64,000 nt of DNA from Phoronis australis (Eukaryota > Animalia > Phoronida), in NCBI GenBank assembly GCA_002633005.1, contig NMRA01000066.1, positions 337,144-401,143 on the forward strand, in the 5' to 3' direction. The position numbers and the translations under genes were made by a program. Of this stretch, positions 25,001 to 38,700 are shown one piece after another. Every line of letters begins with the position of its first letter. Within the stretch, counting starts at the first letter, position 1. Under the pieces are notes generated by a model, which did not search any database, was not told the DNA's origin, and was given only the letters and a program-made list of their open reading frames with translations.

Positions 25001-28000
25001 CTGAAATGATTAGCGATTACGCTTGTGAATTGTCGTTTTCCTGTTGACCTCTAGAAATGTGTAGTAATCAAAATGAAGTATTCCTTTGTTTGCATTTGAT
25101 TTGTTTGTGTGTGTAATTATTTTTAGAGCTTTCTTAAGAAGGCCTTTGAACAATTTTAAGTTTTGCGTTAACTTGTCCACAACAAAAGTTTCACATGCAA
25201 GAAAAGTATATAAAGAAACAACATTGTTAAAAACAATTTTAATTTTCCCACGCAATGGAGTCCATAATCAGGCATATCATGTCCAAAGGTAAAATAGACG
25301 GTCAGGCGGTTGGTTTCAGTTGTTTTCTCTCACCTGTAACAGAGTAGTCAGAGAAATATTTACAAATTATGAAAGAAAACACAAGAATACTTTAGTAAGG
25401 CAGAACATACTTGACGTTTCATCTTCGTGTTTATATGTAGAAACTAATAATATTTGTACCCAAGTCTTATTTAAAATCTTAATTAAACAATGTGAAACAG
25501 GCTAAAAGTGATTTAATAATGTGTATTTTTCACGGCACCTAAAATGTGCATCTGACCTCAACAAGTAAAATTCATTCTAGGTGTCAATTTTTAATCCAAT
25601 GCAATGCTGTGACGTTTACTGAATAGCTTATTCGTGTTAATTCGGTAACTAACCTGGTAGTCCTGGGGGTGGGGTCCGCTATAAAATAAGGAAACTCACT
25701 CGTCTAGTGGGTTTTATTCGACATAGCATAGCTTTGAAGAGAAACTGCTGTGAAAAAGTCACCCTTGACTTCTGAGCGTCACGCACCATACACTTCTTAC
25801 AATGGGCACATTCCCACCCCTGGAGGACAATGTATTAACATGTGCTGCTAGCCTACGCGGCATCCGAGTCCTGAGTGAGTTTCCGAAAAGAGTCACATAG
25901 TTCCATTCAATAAACCCGTTATTCAGTGGGGTAACTGGTGGTGATAACATCACTGAACAATGTCGATAGAAACTTGATTGCTAAAAACTTACCAAGTAAC
26001 GTTATGCAGTCTCCCAAAGGGGCTTCGGCATCCACACACTTTTGGTCAGTTGGTTGACCCTTTTGACCACAATGCTCCACGAATGTAGTAACCTTAGGTC
26101 TTTTGGTACATATAATTTGTGGCCACCTGTCGAAGACTTGCACCAGGGAAAATAGCAGTAATAGGGTTTTGCGCGACGACGTACTTTGATAACAATCCGT
26201 CTTTTTTACCAGCTGTTTACATGCAGACAGTGACGCATGTGCGATTCAATCACCACTAGTACAGCAGCGACACCGCGAGGAGAATTCTCCGAATAGTCCC
26301 ATTCATTCTGTCGCCCCGAAATGGACTGACTGTATCCACTGCAAGTCTATTCACTGAGAGAGACACCATTTTAGTTTGTGATTTAAGAAAAACACCGCGT
26401 TCAGCCCAAGAAGCAAATTTTTGATTTACACCAATTGCCACACTTTGTCTCAATTTGTTCTTTTCTCAAATGAGAAGTATTTTCTGAGTTTGCAAACATG
26501 ACAGATCCTTGAGACCAGGGTCGGCACATACATGTAGTTGACACGCAGTGACAGGTCACATGCTTGTTCCTTCCACGCACAGGAACCACATCCAGTCTAA
26601 ACAGGGGACAATCTGATATCAGTTTCACACCGTGTTAACGATGAGTAAATTAATGTTTACGGTAACCGGGTTTGTGGGAGATTGAATCCCGGAAAATATT
26701 TGCCACTATCATATATAATAAAAACCATATACTGTACATAACCTGTTTCATGTCTGCACAATCGAGGATAAATGGCAAACACGCACCACGGAAACATGTT
26801 GCCAGTGGGAGAGTTTCATATGGCAACTTGGCAGCGTGGGACCGGATAGGAAGCATTTTATAACTTTTGTTTAAAAACACATTCTGTGTAATCACATACA
26901 CTGACTGTAAAACGGTATTTTCACGAAGTCAAATTTTCCCCTAGGCGAAAACAAAATAACTTCTGGTTCAGCTAGGCGGCAATATAAGTCAATGGTCCCA
27001 CGTTGCTTCTTGAAAGTGTCCCATCGAACACATGCAGCACGATTTGAGGACTGAGGAAAACTATCGCTTTTCCAACTTTAATAATGTACATGTACTCGGC
27101 GGCCAACTTCAATTTCCTTACTGGTAACAGTCCGCAGAGCATTTCTAATTTTACACGTTCGCAGTGATCAAGACTAATCGAAGTTCAATATTTTCTCGTG
27201 TACATCTATATTTTCAGCAAACTTCATGAAGACTTTTTATAGTCTGCCTGTTCTATTATCGCCATAAACTGCTACATTTTTGCGTGAGCTTGCAAATAGG
27301 CGTGGTCCACCTGCCCGTTACCAGGGTTCAGGACAAGAATAATTTTTAGATGTTAACAACCTTCAGTGGATTGTGGACACCGGAAAAAGATCTAAGGTGA
27401 GCTAAAAGAACATGTGTCATCTAGCACTTGTTGCAAGACTCTGAAAAGGCGTCTACTGCATTTAATCCCTTTGAAGGCGAATTTAACCCACAAAAAATAC
27501 CACTCTCCGAGACATGAGGCGCATCGGCACCAGAGCTAAGATTCTTAAGTGTTACCTTAGATAGATTTCTGAGAGTGCCGGTAACGGATGACTCTTGTTC
27601 GTTGCAAGGAATCACACGGGGGCTGACCCACGATAGACCAATGGTAAAGTTCCCCACACACGTCAACTCACCCAAGGGTTGGCCAGCTAGAAAATACATC
27701 AATATCACAGCAATAATTCAAATGCACTAAAATCTTGTTGAGGAGGGATGTGAGCAAAAATAGATATACATGTACTGTGATGCTTCTGTGGCCTTTGCAT
27801 CCCTGTACACTATGGCCCATTGCTATCAGTGACGCATTTCATGAAAAGTGACAGAAATTTGGTCTTACGCTTCCACTTCGTAATTGTTGAAAAAATGTTT
27901 TTCCGAATAACGATGAGCGCATCACAGTCTAGAAATAATTTATAGAAATAATATCTGTAAGAAACAGTTAATATGTGTATGTTGAGAGACTTAGAAATTC

Positions 28001-31000
28001 TGCTCAAACGAGAGATCATTGTTTTTTTTTAAATAGTTGTTTGAAGCATAAGACAACATTTATGGCTGAAGTCTTGAGTCACTTTTCAGGAAGCAGAACC
28101 CTGGTTGTGACTCGGTTAAATGGTTTTGGCAAGTGCTTAACGTTAGTGGCACGTTACAGTGCTCATTTCTGAGTTAAAACCTTCTTTGCAAAATAACGAA
28201 AAGCACTTCATTAAAACTAGCGATTTTGATTTTCTCTCAGCCTGAGCCATGAATTCGAACGGTTGCCGAATGATGTCTTCATATAAAATACAATTTGCTG
28301 TACTTGGGTAGCACGTTTTCAGTTGGGCAAAATTGATTAAATACACGACACTTGTCGATGTTGACTATCTTCTTTCCGTTCCGTTCGTATCCTCAGAACA
28401 AAGTGCGACATTCAACAGACCATTGGTAAAGTAACTGTCCAAGAGACATGATAAAAAGACGCGTGATATTTCGAAACATACATGTACTTGTTTCATTCTC
28501 AAGTGAAAACAAAATGGCGCTGTAATACCAAAACAGAGCAATAGCTAGAAGCATACATAGTGGGACACGCCGTCTGGAATACTGTAAACAATGGCACATG
28601 GAGGGATTAACGGCGGGGAAGTCACGCAAATAAGTGTAGCGTGCGGCGAGACCCTGTTTACTGCTCATTAAAAATAGGCTTCTCGAATACAATCGATGTC
28701 TAAAACACGATGTGATGCGATTAAACGCGTTGTAGACGCTTTTGATTGCAATCTAGAGCTACTAGCTTTTTCGTGGGCGGCGCAGCACTGAAAAAAGTGT
28801 GGACTATAGCCTTCCCGGCCACCTATGGTGCGCAGCTCTGTGGTGCTATTGCTGCGTCATTTTACATCGATTTGAGAATGAAACAAGTAGCTTTCAAAAT
28901 ATTGTGTGTCTTTTAATCGTGTCTCTAGGTTGGTATACCAATGTTCCGTTGAATGTCAAACTTTTCTCCAAGGATACGAACGGAATGGAATAAAGATAAT
29001 CAACAACGGCAAGAGTCTAAAGTTCTTCGCGCTTAGCGCGAACATTTCTGACACGTTACAACACTGCAACACTGGTTATTATGGGAAAATTCTCACTTGT
29101 TCCGCAAATCTGTTCGCTGGGTATGGTACCAGGAGAAGACATCGGGAATGTTATCATTACGTCCCCGTCCGTAATTCTGGTGGGATAACAATACTCTGAA
29201 AACAAAAATTTCAGATATTTGAAATGACTTCATTTCACATGTTAGTCTCTCAAGTTCTGACTATTGCTGCATTCAGTAGATCCTCAAAGACGCATTAGGC
29301 ATTTATGTACACGCGAGCCCAATCAAAATACATGTAGGTTCTATAAGTACAAGTTCTAACTGGTACAGAGACCTTTTTATTTTGTGAACTGCGAGTAAAT
29401 CTTCCTTCTAACAGAAGGAAAACATTACAAGTGGACTGCGCATTGGTCATGAAACAAAGGCTTACCGGCCGATAAGAGAATAATACTCTGCAAGTCTATG
29501 TGTCCACCCGTGAAAGTCTTCATAGCTAGTTGGAGCACGTCAAGTAGGTTCTCTAAGTCGCTCGGTGGCTCCTGATATTGGTCAGAATAAGTCGTCAATC
29601 TAAAGTCCACCCCAAGCCCCGATGTCCTTAAAAATGGTAGCAGAATATACAGGTAAATGTTGTAAGGTATGGTTTGAGGCAACCTTTCCGAAACATCTTA
29701 CTGTTTCATTCCCTACCTTTACATTGACATTGACATAAGCAGTAGCCAACATGTACAACAAATTTCTTCCATACAAAAACGGAGAGCAATGTTTCTACTT
29801 TTTCATTTTATATGAATTAACATTCGCAAAAAAGGAGACAAATTCACGTTCATGGACTAAGTTGTACAAATCTGTTTGGCACAATAGCTGTGCCAAGGGC
29901 ACGCTTTTGTTGTAGTTATAGCAGTAGTAGTGGAGATGGTTGCGATGGTGTTGGCGATGGTGTTGGCGATGGTGTTGGCGATGGTGTTGGCGGTGGTGTT
30001 GGTAGTGATGGTCGTTGCCGTGGTTGTGCCGGTATTGGTGATGATTCTTGTGGTGGTACAGGCGTTGGTTGTGTTACACTGGTGGTTTTTTGTAGTTGGT
30101 AGTTGTGGTGGTGGTGATGGCGGCGTCGGCATGCCCCAGTACCGGCGGTGAACAGTAAATGTAACTGTTGCGAGATAAGAAGCACGGTGGGAGAGGGAAT
30201 TCGGCTGAGGCTTGTAAGATCTGATGCAGCTGCAGAGCTATAGGCCTTACACAGTTTCGTCCCATGTTTTTGGCAAGTTTGCGAACCCGCGAAAGGCATG
30301 TTATCTGTCGGTAAGATCAAAGTTCTCTGATTTGCTCTAAATTACCACACAGTGCTACGTCATAGTCTCTTCTTCATCCCCATCATCTTGTTCCATAATG
30401 AACAAATATGGACCGTTCTCGAGAGCATTATCAAGCTATGCATGTAGATGGACCGAGAAACAACAGTTTCAACAATAAACTAGACAAGACTTCGACAGCA
30501 CTCTGTCGGACTCTGTCGAACTCGGAAAAAATACCTTATCAAAATTATTTGTCAGTTTAAAATATCTTATTTTTCGGAGTTTCATGTGACTTAAGTGCGA
30601 ATAGCCGTTGTTCATTTGTCTATGTATTCACTGGATGTCGACAACGCAAGTGGAGAAACATCTATCGAGAGCTGGGATTCTAGGAGAAAATGTATGCCTT
30701 AGTCGCGCTTTTTGCTCCAAGCCTTTGTCAAATTTAACATTCTGCAATGTTGCCTGACGCCAAAGGGCAACAATGCTCTTCCCAAATGACCGCTAAATTT
30801 ATATTTGCTTAAAGCCACTGATTCTTCTTTCCTGCGATTTCTTCGACTCTTAATAAGTTTCTTTGAAATTCTGTTTTCTATACTCTTTAACTTTATTTAC
30901 AGAAGCAGTGGCTTACATGTATACTTTCTGCAGCGTGTAATTGGCCTGATCACGAATACTGGCATATAACCTCCAAGAGGCGTGGATGGAATCTAATCTT

Positions 31001-32697
31001 ACATGGATATCCGGGCAAATTGCCTCATCTTGTAATACACGTAAGTACCACCAAATTTTAAAATGCAAGAAGTACTCACAGATTATTGAACGACACCACC
31101 ACTATGCTGCCATAATCGACAAAAATTTTTCCCGGATACGCCTGACCAACTGCATTGTCGAGGTGCAGTCTAAGAGTTGTTTCGACTGTTTTGACTTCCG
31201 CTGGAGCCGGTGAGTATCGACTGAACCAGTTGTACAGGGCATGGCTCTCTCCAAACGTAGAGTTAGGCATTTTTAACGATCCAACAAAGCTTCTGGTTCC
31301 TGAAAAAGGAAATGGAACAACTACTTCACCAATGACTACGGTAATGCAAAGACATTTTCTCAAATCTCGTTTTCTACACTTGCCCACGCTTGTTACACTG
31401 AACAGAGGGCTGATTAAAAAAAATTCCAAGTTTACCTTTTGCATTTCCTTCGTTATGAATTGAAGTGACTAAAGGAACGAGAATCCATTCAATCACTGTT
31501 TTCATGAACTTTGTGCTCATTTCTATAGTTTTGTCATCTGTGAGTTGTTGGCACTTTAGTGCCAAACTTTCAGCTATGACGTACAACTACATCACTCTTC
31601 AAATCGTGCAATTCAGACTTTAAGCTTCACAATAGTACATTAAGAAAGCGGTTTTTAACAAATTGTGTTCAAAACTATTTGGTAAGAAACCAGGGCCCAT
31701 GTTCTGATCTCTGTACTCGAATTTCGTCTCGAATATTGGCCAGCCACAGTGTTAACTTAGAAATTTCCATTCGAAACATGCAACGTGGCCTCGAATCTGA
31801 CTTTAAGTTGAGTTTGAGTCCAAAGATTCGATCTGTGGACCCTGAGGACACGGAAGAAAGTTGGCAGTCATAATTTAATTACTTTTCTAATACTGTGCTG
31901 TGTAGTGACTTTTAAATAATTAGTTTTGCCGGGTGATTCTGCGGAAACATGCCTCAAACACTTGCCAGCAATTTCATTTCCAATAAATTTAAAGCTGTGA
32001 ATTTTTTAATTGAGCTCATGCTCACGCTGAATGTTTTTTAATGCTACCGTTTTATGTGGCGCCCTCTAGCTCTTTTGCCAAGGCTCGTTGCATTTAATCA
32101 TATCAAGCACGAGGATGCTTGAAGTAACATCTCTAAACATGACCTTGTTGAGTTGACAAGATAGTCTACTTGAGAAAAAAACTCTTACAACTATTAACTC
32201 CAGCACTTTCAAAATAGGTGCTGGAAATGTCCCCATCAGCATCTAGGCCCAACTGTAAATTGAAAAACACGCCGAAATGCTGTTTCTATGTCTCCTAGCA
32301 AGACGTCTTCAAAACGTCAACAATATTCGTTCAGTGGTACCCATCAAAGTTTATGGTTTCCGATACTGACACATACATGCAATGTCTCCACATGCGGCGG
32401 TAGTTGACCCTTAACTGAATCTAGTGTGGATACATGTTATATAAAATTATCTATCTCGGCATTTGCGGGAACTGTAATGCGGCATGGGAAAACTACATCG
32501 TTATGCTTGCCCGAGAAAGGCTTGACCGGTTCCATTTCTTATTGCAGCACAAGGTGTTGAAGACTTGGGTACTTCGGCATCCACTCTTAGGCGGCACGGA
32601 TGTTCCCTCTTTGTCTTAACAGAACATCGCTGAACAATAGTCTCTGAAAAACTGTGTGGGACACCGATACAATACCGCTGCTCCTGCTAATTTANCC

Positions 32698-32731
<34 letters not shown>

Positions 32732-35700
32732 TGCTGTTAGGAACAACAAATTCATGTGGTATCAAATGTAAGCAGTGTTATTTTTGCATAGCAAGACTTT
32801 CTACATTACAGCACCTTCTGAAATTCTGACACATTAGCACTGCCTGTAGCATGTTAAACTAACGAAGCGGAAATGTAGTCACGCTTAAGTTGTTTGTCAT
32901 TGTTTTTGAACAGACAAACCACGCTTATAATCAAGCCTCGTTCCTTCTAACTAATTCATGTATCAGCCGCGGGCATATGAGAGATTAGAATTTTTAAGCT
33001 TAAAAGGCTTTTGGTGGGGTGATATGCCACCCTTCAGAGTCTCTGGGGTTAAAATGCACTGTTTTCTAAAGACACGTGTGTAAAGAAATGTTATTTTAAG
33101 GACTATTCGGCACCTTTGCTTTCGATATTTAGCTTTGTCTAACACTTGACACGTCACACATTGAATTGCAACAGCAACTAAATGAAAAGTGAAATAATAC
33201 AAAATATGGCAGATGGCGATGTAATGAAAATAAATTCAAAAGCTCACTCGTATATAAATTATCTATACCGTGTTATACTCAGACTAGTCGGTTAACATTA
33301 GACACACAACTGCTCTGTATTTATAGTTAACGCAGTTAATATGGCTGTGAAAATCATTACAGAAAACATGTAAGTTAATTTAGTATCGTTCACTCTGGTA
33401 GAGACAAAGTAGGTCTAACACAAATTACCAAATTGTTTTATTACAACTGCCGGAGACCTAACGGCCGAGAAAGGTTTATAATTCCAAGCTTCACATATAA
33501 AAACGCCGAAGTCGTCTGCCCCCACAACCTTGGTATCACCTGACTCAGATCTGTGAAGAAAAAGACAAATCGTAAAATATCAAGCAACGAAAGAAGTTGA
33601 ACATTATTCTTTATCTATTTTGTTTACTACAATATTAATGTCCACACTAAGTACTCTATCAAACCACCAAACCAAGCGGAAAATGGGCTTACTTAGTCGT
33701 TATTATTTCATTGTCAACTGTATCATCGTGTACAAGTCTAGGCAAATTAGTACAACTTCTCCACAACAGTGATGAGTAGACTAGTCCTCTGAATTAAACT
33801 GGCATTCATACAGTCTGGCTTGTGAACTTTATAGATGGCATTCACCGATATACTAATCTGTTTCGATTTTTGTCCGAAAACGACTAAAACTTTTTTGTTT
33901 TTAATAAAGATGACATTTGTTCGGAAGAAGTTTTGTGGGATAACAGTTCTAAACGTGCTTCGTTTCTACCAAACAAACATTTCACTCTAAGCAATATAAT
34001 CCATAGCAAGAAACAGCAATGCAACAAAAGAGTACAAACAATTCCACGCATGAGCGGCGCAACCTCGGCCACGCGTGATCGAAATTGGCATGCCGTTCCC
34101 AGAGTTCCTTGTGTTGACTTACCCTTGAGTAGGCAGTCCATTTACACGGCTGGACACAGCAAAAAAGTCGCCAGCAGGGGCACAAGTCGGGTAATACAAG
34201 TGTGTCGTGAGGATGACGAAAGAGGCGAAGTATAGCACTTCATCTGACGGCTGCTCGATAATGCTGACCGGAGCTGAACATAGACAAACACCACACTGTT
34301 ACAAGCAAATTTATAACAGTCTTTTTGAAAGAGTTGCTGGTCAAGTTTAATGCAAGCAACCCTCAAACTTAGAACCTCAATCTGTTTAATAATGCAGAAA
34401 GACCTCCTGGTAATACGTAGGGCCTTTCTTGCACATTTGACTTAAAAACGTGGTTCCGTCATAATAATAAAGACGCAGTTGTAAGAAGCATATTTTTAGA
34501 ATCCTCGATCTTTCTCCTTTCAGAAATACACATTTTCAGTAGTTGACAAATCATACTTTTTCGATATTTGACTTAGAAGTGAGGAGTTAAAGTCTCAGAT
34601 AACCTTAATCTAAATCCACGGGTACTCACACAAACTCGCATTCTTCTCACAAATAAAAGGGTGTAACTCCGTGCAAGGAACTTTCTGGTAATGATAGGAT
34701 TGGTTGATCATTATACTCTCATTGACCATGACGTAGCAGAAATTCACCAATTGCGTCTCGTTCGCCGCGAAGTGCTCCTCAACGTTAAATGACGGGTCGA
34801 CAACATTTCCATCCGACCATTTGAAGTTACCATCAAATGATAAACCAATGTACGTCTTATCGGACGCAGACCCTGAAATCACGTGGAGATAATTTCACAT
34901 GCAATGATATCTTGATTTGTTCCTGTTCGACCACACCATAACTTGTTGACCTGAAAGAAACGGTCAGAACTTAACAAATGCCGCCAATGATCCCTGGTCG
35001 CACTGTTTCTGAAACTGCTGCCGCAGTTTGCACAATTGCCTTTTAATCGTGATCTTTCTATCCACATTCGGGTTATCTGGAAGAATGTGTGCGAAGCTTT
35101 AACTTCAGGCCTGTTGGTGATTAGAGTTGACTTGCAATAAAGAGAGAATCATTGGTGGCGGAAATAAACTGTAAAACAAATAGAAAACATCTGAACGAGT
35201 TTTAATTACACTTGTTCCAAGGTGCGAGGAAACATACTGTTCAGCATTTCCGAAGTGCTAGCAACAGCCGCTTTTGCGTGCTGTCGTAAGAATTCGTCAG
35301 ATGGCCTGGCAAGGTGCCCGCTCTCATTCTGGCAGCGCTGCTCAGCATCGGCATAAAGCAGAGGCTCGGAGTGATGTTTGTAACAGATGTCGAGATGAAC
35401 AGCGCCTAGCCAACCGCTTCCGCATTTGGCAACTGAAAACGAAAGTAAACAACGTGAACACGAAGCACTTAACCTTGTAAAGAACAATGGACTTTTTAGT
35501 TAGGTTTGTATTTCACTGGAATTTGATATTAATACCAGTCAAAGCAATTCATTACTGGTAGTGTTTTCAGCTTTTAATTGGCACTACTTTTTGAAGTGTC
35601 GCACTAAAATATGATTTTTGATTTCCGTTGAAGCGAAACCCGACTATTTAAATGTTATTTGATCAGCTAATAATGCGGAACTAGGAACTAAGGGAAAGTG

Positions 35701-38700
35701 TGTATTTTGGTAAATGAAAGAGTATGTGTATTTTGTTAATAAAAGACATATTGCTCCGCTGCCTTGACAATACGTATCGGAGATGGTGATCGGATTTCTA
35801 TTCATTAGCAGGCTACCTATCTTCTAGCGGATCACCCTGTATGTCTTTATCAAATCACGCAATTAACATGCCACTGTTCAGCATACCTGTCTTTAGTTTT
35901 GGAGTAAAACCTTTATTCTCGCAGACAACTGGAAGCATTTCGTCACAAGGTCTCGTTCTTAAAGTCTTCACTGTTCCATTCAGATTTAAAGACACACAAT
36001 CACCTGTCTTTGTGAATGGTGTCGGAAAAGAGCTCCTGGCAAAAGAAATTTACTATATCACTGCAAGATTCGACCACTTGTATGTTCTCTACAAGGCGAA
36101 GCTATTCATACACTGTAATTCTAAAGATCACAAATAAAAAGTTTAGCGATGCCCACGTGTTTCATGATAGGTGCCGCTAGAGTAAAATTACGAATAAATC
36201 AGGCTCACATAAGGAGTCGAACTATTCGCCATAATAAAGTAGTTTAGAAACGTTCGCAGAACTGGTGCAGAAATCTAAAACAAAGTAACAAATTCTTCCC
36301 TTAATCTAACTGCGATCTTGACATAGAATTTAGACGGCAGGAAATTAAGATACTTACGACCACTTCATGTTTAGCAGTGGAATTCCGTCCCAGTAAAATT
36401 TGCCGCTTTCATCATCGAAATGACCCCCAGTCCAATAGTCGCCAGAATGTAGAACTAAAACAACACTAAGTGAGTAAAAAACAAACATACAGCCATCCTT
36501 GTTTCTAGTAGCCTTGGTGCTCCATCAATATAGGATTCACCACATTCGTAGTGGATTTATAGGGTGCTCTTTCTTTGTGTCTTTTTATCATTTCGGTTCT
36601 TGGTCAGCTTTCGACCTAGGGTGTATCCTTCTTATTTTGTATTCCGCGCATACACGTCACAGTTATCCAGAGGAAACCCGTATTCACACGAAATGATAAA
36701 ATGCTTTCATAGAGTTAACACATTTTTATTGTATGCCTTTTCATGGTCAGATTCAAATTTAAGATCGACACCTTTAGTAACTTGGTCCGCCGTTTTGACG
36801 GTACTTTAAGTCGATCGACCAAGGATTTCTTACTCCCCGAGGTACATGTAGGTGTACCATCTTCATCCACTGCAGGTACCAGATATGACTTTCTCAGTTT
36901 ATGATTAACTAAATGCGCTCCCTAATACTCAACATGTATGACAGTTTATCTACCCAAACCTCTTTTTTACAGAAAATGTGCAACTTAAAGCGTCGAAAAT
37001 TTTGAAATGATGAATTATACATGTTTTATTTAGTCACAGAAAAAAAGTATTTTTTCAAGTGAAAGTACATACAAAATGCTTCCTAGAGCTCCGGGCCCAC
37101 TGACTAAATGTTCCTAATGCTCGCGCCGGCAAACACATTTCCATGAGTGATGCCGGATAACGTGGCCCGAATTCTAAACTTACTCACCGAGGCATCAAAG
37201 CATTGGTTGTTTCAGTTTCATGATCAACCGAATTTTCAGGGTTTTGATGTTTAGACGTGTATCAGAGGCCTAACAAGTAAAATGAAGTGGAAAGTATAAA
37301 ATAGGAAGTCATCTGACAATCTTTGACACCTGAGCATTGCCGGAGAAATGACTAGATGGTCCGTAGCACTTACTGTGATCAGCAATAGGGATGACATCCG
37401 CTGAGATCATAAAGCCTAGCTGTTCTCCACATATTTCCTTTCCTCGACGCCATGAGTTGGACTCCACAACTTTTTTGTAGCAAACATTTTTATTGTTACC
37501 AGTCAGGGTCACGTTCCATCCAGGCAGACATATTTGCTGATCTGAAGATAAATTCAGAGAAGGTGACATGAAAACACGTTATCTTTCTTCTAAAAGGGTT
37601 CTAAAACCCGTTTTGGTGATTTCGACAAACACTGAATAGCTACTCACCACTGTTGCACGGTTAGCACGTTCCCTAAAAGATAAATGCATTATTCAGCTGG
37701 AGCAGTAGACCTAAGACAGGTGGTCCCTCTGGCCTTCAGCCATCGATTTGCTCACCCAAAGCGTTAGCAACCTTTCAAGAGTGTAAGACGTTTTCAACAT
37801 TGGCTTGATTTGAAGGTTGAGAAGATATACATGTTTCTTTGCTTCAAAGGTTCCACTAGTAGAGTTGTCTAATCGCAGTCGTCATCTGTTGTTAAAACGA
37901 AGTTCCTTAACATTTAACCTTTGGCCCCAAGAAAACAAGCAGTAAAAATAAGCAGTAAATTTTTAGGGGGGGGGGCTTATACTTCTTAGCAGTAATATTT
38001 GGCGTACAAGGCGATAAAAATGCAAAATATTGATAAAAATGGTATCATGGGAATATGTTGCGACAACATCCGTGTTTGCCTACAATACAATATAAGGCAA
38101 AGGACAATCGGACGAAATACCGTTTCCCTGTCCTGGCGGCTAGTTCTATCAACGGACAAGTGGTAACAACTAACAGGACGTCAAAATTCTAATTACAGAA
38201 TGGCCACCATACCAACTTTTCTAGTAATTCAACTTCATTCTCGGTCATCAGGGGAGACAACTCTGACGGTGAGTTCGGCTTCCACCCAGCCGTCATGACG
38301 GGAATTTCCGGGTCATGTACTGTATGTATTAGGACTGTATCAAGTTAGGCCCCTATTTCCCTTACTGAGATTTAAATTTGTGCAAGCTACGCTATAGTGT
38401 TTTAGTTTATGACAATCACGCTGGTGTTTTGTGCCATGTTCCCATGTGGAAGAAGGTAGATACATGTAGGACGTCCGGTATAATGGTACTGGGCCACCCA
38501 CTTAACCGTGCATTCACAGAAGTAAGCCTACATGTACCTATATCCACCGTCTTACTAGTAAATAGCATACAATTAAAGTGCTAACTGTCGCCTGTTGCGA
38601 TTTATTCCGTGCCCCTGTACTTGACACGATACTGTTGCGTTGAGTAACGCTAAGCTTGGGACTTAGCTAAAATCGAACCAAAGTCACGTGTTCTCATTTA

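Noticed and set aside
34879-34950. Acceptor at 34951 as the start of the CTLD2 exon
   Set aside because: Stop codons or the wrong frame before the lectin sequence; the acceptor at 34873 fits the phase
37188-37269. AG...GTGAGT-bounded candidate GPCR exon
   Set aside because: Stops in the required phase; the neighbouring exons already join in frame
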